Assembly: GCA_036676985.1 (NCBI GenBank)
Contig: JAKFBU010000041.1
Span: 32,001 to 96,000 of the forward strand
Direction: 5' to 3'
Length of the DNA: 64,000 bases
DNA from: Candidatus Sericytochromatia bacterium
GTDB lineage: Bacteria; Cyanobacteriota; Sericytochromatia; S15B-MN24; UBA4093
Translations under genes and position numbers: made by a program
In this document: positions 55,617-64,000 of the stretch, one piece after another
How positions within the stretch are numbered: the stretch's first letter is position 1
Layout of the letters: the number at the start of each line of letters is the position of its first letter
The notes under the pieces: generated by a model
What the model saw: the letters and a program-made list of their open reading frames with translations, nothing else
Told to the model about the DNA's origin: nothing
Database searches by the model: none

Positions 55617-55874
55617 TTACTTCTTCTTTTCGAGGAACATGCCGCACTCGGGGCAGCGTGCCTTGGCGTTGGTGGACGTCACGTTCGGGTGCATGGGGCA
55701 CACGTATACGACCTTCTTGGCCGGAGCCTGGGTCTTGAGGACCTTCTTGACGGCCGGCTTGGTCGGCGTCGCGTGGTTGTGGCCGGCATGCGCGTCGACG
55801 GCAAAGGCCGCCGGGGCCGTCATGAGGACGCCCGTGAGGGCCAACAGGGTCGCACGGCGTGCGTTCGAAGTCAT
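55617..55874 (-). CDS. Periplasmic heavy-metal-binding domain protein
   Basis: Signal peptide; HAGHNH; YVCPMHP...CPECGMFL. Confidence 0.88.
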   Translation of the reverse strand: MTSNARRATLLALTGVLMTAPAAFAVDAHAGHNHATPTKPAVKKVLKTQAPAKKVVYVCPMHPNVTSTNAKARCPECGMFLEKKK

Positions 55875-55958
55875 TCCGCATTCCTTTCCAAAGGAGCCAG
55901 CTCCTCGTGTCGAAAAAGCCCATCGGGCGGTTCCAAGACTTGGACGCCGCCCGGACGG

Positions 55959-58900
55959 CTAATGTTCCAGGTTGGCGGCGACCAGGGGCCCCCGCCGTAA
56001 TTGCCAGGTCTTCCACAGGCTGAACAGGACCGGCAGGACGATGAGCACCAGGATCGTGGAGGTGAAGAGCCCCCCGATCATGGGCGCGGCGATGGGCCGC
56101 ATCACGTCGGCGCCAGTCCCCTGGCTCCACATGATAGGCATCAGGCCGATAAAGTCCACCGCAACGGTCATGAGCTTCGGCCGCAGGCGGAAGACCGCCC
56201 CCTCCATGGTCGCGGCCTCGATGTCCGCGGCCGTCACGGGCCCCCTCGCGATGGCCCGATCGAGGGCCTCGTTGAGGTAGACGAGCATGACCACCCCCGT
56301 CTCGACGGCCACGCCCGCCAGCGCGATGTAGCCGACCCAGACGGCGACGCTGAAGTTGTACCCCAGGAGCTTCTGCAGGAGCACGCCGCCCACCAGCGCG
56401 AAGGGAATCGACAGCACGACCATGGCCGACGAGGTGAACGACCGGAACGTCAGGTACAGGAAGAAGACGATGATGGCGAGCACGACGGGCACGAGGACCT
56501 TGAGACGGGCGGCGGCCCGGATCTGGTTCTCGTACTGACCGCTCCAGCCCAGGTAGTAGCCCGAGGGCAGCTTGAGCTGCTGAGAAAGGACCGTCTTGGC
56601 CTCGTCCACGAAGCCGCCCATGTCCCGGCCGCGCACGTTCAGGAAGACGATCGAGCGCAACAGACCGTTCTCGCTGTTGATCATGGGCGCCCCCTGGGTG
56701 ACGCGCACGTCGGCGAGCTGCGACAGGGGGACCTGGACCCCCGAGGGCGTCGGCACCAGGATGCGCTGCAGGCTCTCCGGGTCGCCGCGCAGCTCGCGGG
56801 CGTAGCGGACGCGCACCGGGAAGCGCTCCCGGCCCTCGACGGTGGTCGTGAGGTTCATGCCGCCTACGGCCGTCTCGATGACGTCCTGCACGTCGCCGAT
56901 CTGGAGGCCGTAGCGGGCGATCGCCTCCCGCTTCGGCTGGATGTCGACGAAGCGTCCGCCCACCACGCGCTCGGCGTAGACGTCCGTAGCACCCGGCACC
57001 TTGCGCAGGATGCTCTCGGCCTGGATGGCGAGGCGCTCCAGCTCCTTCAAGTCCGAGCCGTAGATCTTGAGGCCCAGATCCGTCCGCACGCCCGTGGCGA
57101 GCATGTTGATCCGGTTGATGATGGGCATGGTCCAGCCGTTGGCCACGCCCGGGATCCGTAGCTTGGCATCCAGCTCGGAGATGAGCGTCTCGGTGGTCTT
57201 CCGGGGGTCCGGCCACTGATCCCGCGGCTTGAGGTTGATGATCGTCTCGATCATGCTCACGGGCGCGGGGTCCGTGGAGGTCTCGGCGCGTCCCACCTTG
57301 CCGAGGACGGTGTCCACCTCGGGGAAGGTCTTCAGGATCTTGTCCTGGACCTGCATGATGCGCTTGGCCTCGGTGATGTTCACGTCGGGCAGCATGGTCG
57401 GCATGAAGAGCAGGCTGCCCTCGTCGAGGGGCGGCATGAACTCCTTGCCGATGCTCGTCGCCACCGGCACGGTCGCCACCAGGCTGAGGACCACCAGCGC
57501 CAGCGTCGTCTTCTTGAACCGGAGGGCCGTCTCGAGCACCGGCCGGTAAAGCCCGATGAAGAACCGCGAGACCGGGTTCTCCTCCTCCGGGCGGACGCGG
57601 CCGCGCAGCAGGAAGCTCATGAGGACGGGCACCACCGTGATGGCGATGATGGCCGCGCCCGCGATGGCGAGGCTCTTGGTGAAGGCGAGCGGATGGAACA
57701 GCTTGCCTTCCTGGCCCTCGAGCATGAACACGGGCGCGAAGGACAGGAGCACGATGAGCAGCGAGAAGAAGATGGGACGTCCCACCTGCTGGGCCGACTT
57801 GATGACGACCTCGAGGTAGTCCGGCTCCTCTCCGCGCTCCTCGATCTCGGCGAGGTGGCGGTAGGCGTTCTCGACCATGACGATGGCCGCGTCGACGAGC
57901 ACGCCGACGGCGATCGCGATGCCGCCCAGGCTCATGATGTTGCTCGTGACGCCCAGGTACTTCATGAGGATGAAGCTCACGAGCACGGCGATGGGCACCG
58001 ACAGGATGATGATAAGGGCCGAGCGGAAGTGGAAGAGGAAGACCAGCACCACGAGGGCCACCACGATGGCCTCCTCGAGGAGCGCCTCCTTGAGGGTGTC
58101 CACGGAGCGCTCGATGAGGTCCGAGCGGTCGTAGGCCGCGTGGATCGTGACGCCCGCGGGCAGGCCCTTCTCGAGCTCCCCGAGCTTGGTCTTGACCCGG
58201 TCGATGACGGCCTTGGCGTTCTCGCCGTGGCGCATGACGATGATTCCGCCGACGACCTCGCCTTGTCCGTCCTTGTCGAGGACGCCCCGGCGCAGGTCCG
58301 AGCCGAGCTGGACGGTGCCGACGTTCCGGACGTAGACGGGGATGCCGCCCGCGCCCGTCTTGACGACGATGTCCTCCAGGTCGTGCATGCCCCGGATGTA
58401 GCCGCGGCCGCGCACGGAGTACTCGGCGGCGTTCTGCTCGACCAGGCCTCCGCCGACCTCGTTGTTGCTCATGCGGACGGCCTGGGCCACGTCCTTGAGG
58501 CTCACCCCGTAGGTATAGAGCTTGGCCGGATCCAGCTCGATCTGGTACTGCCGCACGAAGCCGCCGATGGAGGCGACCTCGGCCACGCCGGGCACGCTCT
58601 GGAGCTGCAGGCGCAGGTACCAGTCCTGCAAGGCGCGCAGCCGGGCGAGGTCATGGGTCTTGCTCTCGACGGTGTACCAGTAGACGTGGCCCACGCCCGT
58701 GCCGTCGGGACCGAGGGCGGGCGTGACGCCCGCGGGCAGGTTGGCCTGGACTGAGGCGAGGCGCTCGAGGATGCGGGTCCGGGCGAAGTAGAGGTTGGTC
58801 GCATCGTCGAAGATGACGTAAATCATCGAGAAGCCGAAGGCGGAGCTCGCCCGCACGGCCTTGACGCTGGGCAGCCCCTGGAGGCTCGCGGCGAGCGGGT

Positions 58901-59099
58901 ACGTGACCTGGTCCTCGATGACCTGCGGGCTGCGCCCGGGCCACTCGGTGAAGACGATGACCTGGTTCTCCGAGAGGTCCGGGATGGCGTCCAGGGGCGT
59001 CCGGGAGATGGCCCACCCGCCCCAGAGGACGGTAGCGATGAGCGCGATGAGGACGATGAAGCGGTTGCGGACGGACCAGGCAATGATCTTTTCGATCAT
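55959..59099 (-). CDS. cusA: CusA/CzcA heavy-metal RND efflux permease
   Basis: DAIPDLSENQV, PQVIEDQVTYP, GVLVDAAIVMVEN, EFMPPLDEG, RLRPKLMT. Confidence 0.95.
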   Translation of the reverse strand: MIEKIIAWSVRNRFIVLIALIATVLWGGWAISRTPLDAIPDLSENQVIVFTEWPGRSPQVIEDQVTYPLAASLQGLPSVKAVRASSAFGFSMIYVIFDDATNLYFARTRILERLASVQANLPAGVTPALGPDGTGVGHVYWYTVESKTHDLARLRALQDWYLRLQLQSVPGVAEVASIGGFVRQYQIELDPAKLYTYGVSLKDVAQAVRMSNNEVGGGLVEQNAAEYSVRGRGYIRGMHDLEDIVVKTGAGGIPVYVRNVGTVQLGSDLRRGVLDKDGQGEVVGGIIVMRHGENAKAVIDRVKTKLGELEKGLPAGVTIHAAYDRSDLIERSVDTLKEALLEEAIVVALVVLVFLFHFRSALIIILSVPIAVLVSFILMKYLGVTSNIMSLGGIAIAVGVLVDAAIVMVENAYRHLAEIEERGEEPDYLEVVIKSAQQVGRPIFFSLLIVLLSFAPVFMLEGQEGKLFHPLAFTKSLAIAGAAIIAITVVPVLMSFLLRGRVRPEEENPVSRFFIGLYRPVLETALRFKKTTLALVVLSLVATVPVATSIGKEFMPPLDEGSLLFMPTMLPDVNITEAKRIMQVQDKILKTFPEVDTVLGKVGRAETSTDPAPVSMIETIINLKPRDQWPDPRKTTETLISELDAKLRIPGVANGWTMPIINRINMLATGVRTDLGLKIYGSDLKELERLAIQAESILRKVPGATDVYAERVVGGRFVDIQPKREAIARYGLQIGDVQDVIETAVGGMNLTTTVEGRERFPVRVRYARELRGDPESLQRILVPTPSGVQVPLSQLADVRVTQGAPMINSENGLLRSIVFLNVRGRDMGGFVDEAKTVLSQQLKLPSGYYLGWSGQYENQIRAAARLKVLVPVVLAIIVFFLYLTFRSFTSSAMVVLSIPFALVGGVLLQKLLGYNFSVAVWVGYIALAGVAVETGVVMLVYLNEALDRAIARGPVTAADIEAATMEGAVFRLRPKLMTVAVDFIGLMPIMWSQGTGADVMRPIAAPMIGGLFTSTILVLIVLPVLFSLWKTWQLRRGPLVAANLEH

Positions 59100-59102
59100 G
59101 GC

Positions 59103-60458
59103 CTAGTGCCCTTCGTGGCCGGGAGCGTGCGGCGCGGGGGTCGCCTCGCCCGCCGTCGACTGCCCGTAGTCCGTGGACGTCATGCTGCCCGACTGGATCT
59201 GGCTTGCCGCGTCCAGGAGGAAGCCGCCCGACACCGCGACGTTTTCGCCCGCCGCGAGGCCCGAGATGACCGGGTAGTACGCCTCCGCCTTGGCGCCGAG
59301 GGAGACCTCGCGCGGCCGGAACACGCCCGGGGCCGCCTCCACGTAGACGAGCTTGCGCCGGCCCGTGTCGAGCACCGCCGAGGCCGGCACCGCCAGCTGC
59401 TCGGCCCCGTGCGCCGTCACCAGGGACGCCGTCACGAACATGTCCGGCTTGAGGCGCTGGCCCGGGTTGGGGATGGTGGCCCGCACCTTGACCGTCCGAC
59501 TCTCAGCGTTCAAGAAGGGGTAGACGAAGGAGATGCGCCCCCGGAACGTCTTGCCCGGGTACGACGGCGTGGTCACCTCGACGGTCTGGCCCAGGCGCAC
59601 GTCGCGCATGTCGGCCTCAAACACGTCCGCCTCGACCCACACCTGGGAGAGGTCGGCCACGTCGTAGAGGACGTCGCCCTCCTTGACGTACTGGCCCGGC
59701 TGGACCAGCTTCTTGGTGACGACCCCGGACTGCGGCGCCAGGAGCTCCAGCGCGAGGGTCGCCTTGCCGGTCTTTTCCAGGTGGGCGATCTGCGCATCGG
59801 TGATGCCCCAGAGCTTCAGGCGCTGGCGGGTGGCGACGAGCAGCGACTCGGCGCTCTCGACGAGGTCCGGGTACGGGTTGTCCTTGAGATCCTGGTGGGA
59901 CTTGCGGGCCGCCAGGTATTCCTCCATGGTGGCCACCACGTCCGGGCTGTAGATGGTGCCCATGGGACGGCCCTTCACGACGGTCGCCCCCGTCGAGTTG
60001 ACGTACAGGCGCTCGATGCGGCCGTTGACGCGGGCCGTCACCTGGGCGAGCCGGGTCTCGTCGTAGGTGATGCGGCCGGGTGAGGTCAGGCTGCGGTGCA
60101 GGGCGTGGACGGCCACGGCCTCGGTCTTGACGTTCGCCAGCACCTGCTGCTCGGGCGAGAGCGTCACCTCGCTCAGCCCCTCCGGCAGGTTGGCCGCGGC
60201 CGGCGCGGCTCCGGTGTCGGCGGACTTGAGGGTCGAGGCCTTGACGAGGTCCATGCCGCAGATGGGACACGAGCCGGGGCCGTCCTGCTTGATCTGCAGG
60301 TGCATGGGGCAGGTGTAGTGATCCGCGACGACCTGGGTCTCGCCGGCGGGCTGCGACGTGAAGTGCTTCCAGGGCTGGGCCGTCACGCCGTAGATGGCGA
60401 TGAGGGCCACGGCAGCCCCCGCGAGGACTCGGATCGTCGTCTGGTTCTTGGTTCCCAT
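59103..60458 (-). CDS. cusB: CusB-type RND periplasmic adaptor with heavy-metal-binding domain
   Basis: YTCPMH...CPICGMDL; IYSP; ADLSQVWVEA; LKPDMF; His-rich tail. Confidence 0.92.
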   Translation of the reverse strand: MGTKNQTTIRVLAGAAVALIAIYGVTAQPWKHFTSQPAGETQVVADHYTCPMHLQIKQDGPGSCPICGMDLVKASTLKSADTGAAPAAANLPEGLSEVTLSPEQQVLANVKTEAVAVHALHRSLTSPGRITYDETRLAQVTARVNGRIERLYVNSTGATVVKGRPMGTIYSPDVVATMEEYLAARKSHQDLKDNPYPDLVESAESLLVATRQRLKLWGITDAQIAHLEKTGKATLALELLAPQSGVVTKKLVQPGQYVKEGDVLYDVADLSQVWVEADVFEADMRDVRLGQTVEVTTPSYPGKTFRGRISFVYPFLNAESRTVKVRATIPNPGQRLKPDMFVTASLVTAHGAEQLAVPASAVLDTGRRKLVYVEAAPGVFRPREVSLGAKAEAYYPVISGLAAGENVAVSGGFLLDAASQIQSGSMTSTDYGQSTAGEATPAPHAPGHEGH

Positions 60459-61754
60459 TTACTTCTCCCTCGACTTCGACTCGGGATCGGGCAGGTTCAG
60501 TTCCGCCTCGAGCTGGGCCATGAGCCGGAAATAGTCGTACTGGGCCTCGGCGAAGGCGATTTGCGTGTCAAAGACGGCCACCTGGGCGTCGATGACGGTG
60601 CCGAAGTCGGATTTGTTGACCTGATAGGCCACGAGTGCCGCCTTGAGCGACTGGTTCACCTGTGAGAACAGGCCCTTGCGATACAGTTGCAGCCGCTGGT
60701 CAGTGCGTTCGAGTTGGTAGGCCAGGTCGCGCACCCGATGGCGCAGGCTGGTCCGCTGAGCATCGAGGCTCGCGCGGGCGGCGGCGGTCGAGCGGTCGGC
60801 CTCGGCCACGCGCCCCTGGTTGCGGCCGGGCGTGAGCCAGGGCAGGCTGATCTCCACCATGCCGCCGAAATAGTTCATGGCCGGGTTCATGCCATCGGGC
60901 ATGGTTTGGCCGGCCTCCAGGCCGACCTCCAGGTCCGGGATCTGCCGCTCTTCGGCCGCGAGCGTCGAGCGCGCCTCCTGGACCGCCAGACTCGCCTCGG
61001 CGGCCCGGAGCATGGGGCTGTTGGCCTCCGCCTGGGCCTGAGCCTGGGGAGCGGCGGGGCGGGGCGCCTCCTGGGGGAAGTCCCGGGGCAGCTCGACGGG
61101 CGTCTCCGCCGGCCGGTTCAAGAGCGAGTTGAGGCGGCTCTCGGCGCTCTGCATGCGCTGGGCGATGTCGAACTCGCTGTCGTAGAGCTTGGAAAGCTCC
61201 ACCTGGGCCCGTAGCGAATCCTGCTGGGTGGCGCTGCCCACCGCGTAGCGGGCGTTGGCGACCCGCTGGAGGTTCTTGACCTGGTCGCGCGTCGCGTGGT
61301 GGATGGCCATGGCCTTTTCCAGGTAGACGAGCTCGTAATAGGCCTGCTTGACCTCGCTCGCGACGGAGAGCCACTTGGCCTCGTACTCGGCGCGGGCGGC
61401 CTCGGCCTCCCGGCCGGCCATGTCGGCCTCCAGGCGCCGCTTCTGGCCGAGGGGAACCATCTGCGTGATGGCGGCGCTGGGGCCCTGAAGTCCCCAGAAC
61501 TGCATCATGGACAGGTTCAGCCGTGGCGGCTCCAGGGCGCCCGCGTAGCCCGCGCGGCTCTGGGCGGACTCATAGCGGAGTCGCGCGGCCTCGAGGTCGG
61601 GGTTGTGGTGGCGGGCGATCGCGAGCAATGCCGGCAAGCCCTTCGCGGGTGCGGACCAGGCGGGCGCCGCGAGCGCCAGCACCGTGCCTCCGGCGACCGC
61701 AAGCGTGGCGAGTCGGGGCAGGACCTGATGGAGAAAGCGCGGAAGGATCGACAT
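60459..61754 (-). CDS. TolC/CusC-family outer membrane efflux protein
   Basis: Signal peptide; HNPDL.A, VKQAYYEL, RYAVG....D.LRAQVE. Confidence 0.9.
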   Translation of the reverse strand: MSILPRFLHQVLPRLATLAVAGGTVLALAAPAWSAPAKGLPALLAIARHHNPDLEAARLRYESAQSRAGYAGALEPPRLNLSMMQFWGLQGPSAAITQMVPLGQKRRLEADMAGREAEAARAEYEAKWLSVASEVKQAYYELVYLEKAMAIHHATRDQVKNLQRVANARYAVGSATQQDSLRAQVELSKLYDSEFDIAQRMQSAESRLNSLLNRPAETPVELPRDFPQEAPRPAAPQAQAQAEANSPMLRAAEASLAVQEARSTLAAEERQIPDLEVGLEAGQTMPDGMNPAMNYFGGMVEISLPWLTPGRNQGRVAEADRSTAAARASLDAQRTSLRHRVRDLAYQLERTDQRLQLYRKGLFSQVNQSLKAALVAYQVNKSDFGTVIDAQVAVFDTQIAFAEAQYDYFRLMAQLEAELNLPDPESKSREK

Positions 61755-62013
61755 GGCGCGGGTCACTTCTTGACGAACGGGCGGCGAAGAGTAGGCTAGC
61801 ACAGCCTCAGACGGCTGTAAAAAGTAGGTTCCCCGGACCTTCTCCGCCCCTGGGGCACCGTCATCTTAAACCTTCCCCCGAGCAGGAAGGTCAACCCGGA
61901 CGCGCCGATTAGCGCCAAATGGAGCCGGGAGGCGGCGCCGAAACCCGGACCGGAAGGCCGGACCGGAGATTCCCCCGATGCGAGAAGGGCGAGGCATGTG
62001 AGAAAATGGGAGC

Positions 62014-62781
62014 ATGAGACGGCACCTTCGTTACAACGCCCAGATCGGGCGGCATAAGCCGGAGAACATCATCAACCGGGAAGCGGCGTGTCCCTTTTGC
62101 GACCGTGACCAGCTGGTCGACATCCTCGCCGAAGAGACGCCCCTCATCCTGCTCAGGAACAAGTATCCGGTCCTCGAGGACGCGTACCAGACGGTCATCA
62201 TCGAGACGGAAGAATGCGAGACCGAGCTCTCGCTCTATTCCCGCGAGCATTTACGGCAAGTGATCCGGTTCGGTACCGAGCACTGGCAACGCCTCAGCCA
62301 GTCGGGCGAGTTCGAGTCGGTGGTCTACTTCAAGAACCACGGCCCGCATTCGGGCGGCACCATCCGGCATCCGCACAGCCAGATCGTCGGGCTGCACCAC
62401 CTGGACTACCGGGCGGCGGTCGAAGCGCACCACTTCGAAGGCATCGTCATCGATCGGCAGGAGGGCATCGAGTTCAACGTCTCGACCCTGCCGCGCATGG
62501 GCTTTTCCGAGTTCAACGTGGTGCTGGAGGACTGGAGCCGGCTCGACCAGCTCGCGGACTACGTGCAGATGGCGGCGCACTACGCGTTGCACCACTTCCA
62601 TTCCCGCTGCACGAGCTACAACCTGTTCTTCTACGAGCACGGGGCGGGCATGGCGGCGAAGCTGATCCCCCGGTTCGTGGTGTCGCCCTTGTTCGTCGGC
62701 TTCTCGATCCCCCAGGTCACCGACCGGATCGAGGAGATCGCGGGGGCGGTGCGCGATCGCTACATCGAAACCGCCGGTTGA
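62014..62781 (+). CDS. DUF4931 / GalT-HIT-like protein
   Basis: KPENI, CPFC, NKYP, FKNHGPHSGGTIRHPHSQIVG. Confidence 0.85.
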   Translation: MRRHLRYNAQIGRHKPENIINREAACPFCDRDQLVDILAEETPLILLRNKYPVLEDAYQTVIIETEECETELSLYSREHLRQVIRFGTEHWQRLSQSGEFESVVYFKNHGPHSGGTIRHPHSQIVGLHHLDYRAAVEAHHFEGIVIDRQEGIEFNVSTLPRMGFSEFNVVLEDWSRLDQLADYVQMAAHYALHHFHSRCTSYNLFFYEHGAGMAAKLIPRFVVSPLFVGFSIPQVTDRIEEIAGAVRDRYIETAG

Positions 62782-62856
62782 CGCTCAGCGTTCTCGACGC
62801 TTCCGCTTAAGATGGGGCGGAAAGACTCTTCTGGGAGAGACCAAGGAGGTGTCGGG

Positions 62857-63414
62857 ATGATGGTAGCGGAAGTCTCAGTGCGCGACCTCATGGACAAGAT
62901 GAATCAGGGGCATGCCCTCTTGATTCTCGACGTCCGGGACGGCTTCTGCGAAAGCGACCAGATGATACCGGGGGCGATCCACGTGGACGCCAAGCACCTG
63001 ACGCCGGATCTCTTCAAGCTCCCCAAGGAAGCCGAGATCGTGGTGTACGACAACGAGTCGCAGAACGAGACGGCCATCTTGGTAGCCGAGGCCCTCGTGA
63101 ACGCCGGCTTCAAGGCTAACGCGCTGGTGGGCGGCTGGGCCCAGTGGAAGAAGGCGGGGTATCCGCGGGCGCCGCGCGAGGAGGTCCTGCTGCGCCACAG
63201 CAAGAAGGCCGTGCAGGAGTTGACGGAGGCTCCGGCCGAGGCCGTGAAGCAGCCGACGCGTATCGAGCGTGGCAAGGACGTCCTCAAGGAGACGAAGCAG
63301 GAGCTGGGCAAGATGGCCGGCGAGTACGCGGAGTCGGCGCACGAGGCCCGCACGGGCGTGATGGACCTGGCGCAGAAGGCGGTGAAGCTGGTGGTGAGCT
63401 TGCTACGGAAGTAG
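62857..63414 (+). CDS. Rhodanese-like domain protein (catalytic Cys replaced by Asp) with helical tail
   Basis: ILDVR, IPGAIH, IVVYD, L.GGW..W; AAGGAGG RBS. Confidence 0.85.
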   Translation: MMVAEVSVRDLMDKMNQGHALLILDVRDGFCESDQMIPGAIHVDAKHLTPDLFKLPKEAEIVVYDNESQNETAILVAEALVNAGFKANALVGGWAQWKKAGYPRAPREEVLLRHSKKAVQELTEAPAEAVKQPTRIERGKDVLKETKQELGKMAGEYAESAHEARTGVMDLAQKAVKLVVSLLRK

Positions 63415-63424
63415 CGGGTTGCCT

Positions 63425-63582
63425 TTACCCCCCCTTCCCCCCCTGCCTTCGGCAAGGGGGGCTTTTTTCTAGGGACGGCCCCCTGCGGGGGCAGATTCCT
63501 TGTGAATAACTCACGTCTAAAAACCTGCGCAGCAGGACTCCCCATGCCCCCCTTGCGAAGCAGGGGGGGAAGGGGGGGTCAA
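63425..63582. repeat. Inverted pair of C/G-tract palindromic repeats
   Basis: CCCCCCCTTCCCCCCCTGC.TTCG.CAAGGGGGGC near 63427 and its inverse at about 63547-63579, between convergent genes. Confidence 0.7.
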
Positions 63583-63590
63583 AACGTCGG

Positions 63591-63959
63591 CTATCGCGCC
63601 GCTTCGATGGCCTCCAGCTGCTTCAACATCGTCTTGTTCGCCGCCAGCCGGTAGCTGATCATGATCAGCCGCTCGAGCTCCTCCCACGAAAAGGGCTGCT
63701 TCAGGTCCAGCGAGATCCAGCCGTGCTGCCCGATGTAGTGCGTCCGGCTGATCCGCGGATCCTCCAGGTAGTCCGGCTGCACGAACACCGGCACCTTCAC
63801 CGAGAACCCCGGATCCTCCGGGTCGTCATCCGCCCCGATGAGAAAGCACTTCTTCCCTGCCCGGTACGACGGGTGATCGTGCATCAGGTAGGCCTCCGCC
63901 CCCGGCAACGACTCGCACAGCGCCCGCACGCGGGCCATGATCTCGCTGGTCTGGCTCAT
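63591..63959 (-). CDS. MmcQ/YjbR family DNA-binding protein
   Basis: LC.SLPGA, P.YR..KK.F, YIGQHGWIS, SYRL.A.K. Confidence 0.9.
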   Translation of the reverse strand: MSQTSEIMARVRALCESLPGAEAYLMHDHPSYRAGKKCFLIGADDDPEDPGFSVKVPVFVQPDYLEDPRISRTHYIGQHGWISLDLKQPFSWEELERLIMISYRLAANKTMLKQLEAIEAAR

Positions 63960-64000
63960 GTGAAACCCCTTACTGGCCCAGGAACAAACTCAACAGCAGC

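Noticed and set aside
55617-61754. Metal-resistance operon as a mobile element
   Set aside because: No flanking repeats, transposase or compositional shift; a conventional cusCBA-type operon

Overview
High-GC diderm bacterial chromosome with about 55 credible CDSs. I found no rRNA, tRNA, CRISPR array, integrase or transposase. A non-photosynthetic Cyanobacteria-related lineage such as Ca. Sericytochromatia is a tentative, unverified guess from the 3-POTRA Omp85 and the lipoprotein families. Housekeeping content includes xth, prmC, fadIJ, fdhD with a YdeP-type oxidoreductase, a cusCBA-type efflux operon, an MCP, peptidases and two TetRs. Main highlights: (1) A five-gene operon (17856-23236) encodes a single-chain FliF(RBM3)-TM-FliG fusion, a Pro-rich TPR protein, a CsgG/FlgO-like plus beta-barrel outer-membrane protein and a MotA/MotB stator with Na+-type residues. 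There are no other flagellar genes in the window, so this is a candidate flagellum-independent, envelope-spanning rotary motor. (2) A lower-GC nuclease-STAND-34-aa-repeat (Avs-like) gene sits between two direct copies of the xth 3' end. (3) An AhpD/CMD protein has an in-frame UGA in a CxxU motif followed by a SECIS-like hairpin. (4) A family of surface lipoproteins shares a (Y/R)xxQ(A/Y) motif, and some carry ~80-aa beta repeats. (5) There are also a small Cys/His protein ending in the clamp-binding motif QLSLF, two unannotated small ORFs, several REP-like families and an unusual preference for TAG stops. All family assignments come from motif recognition by eye; no searches were run.
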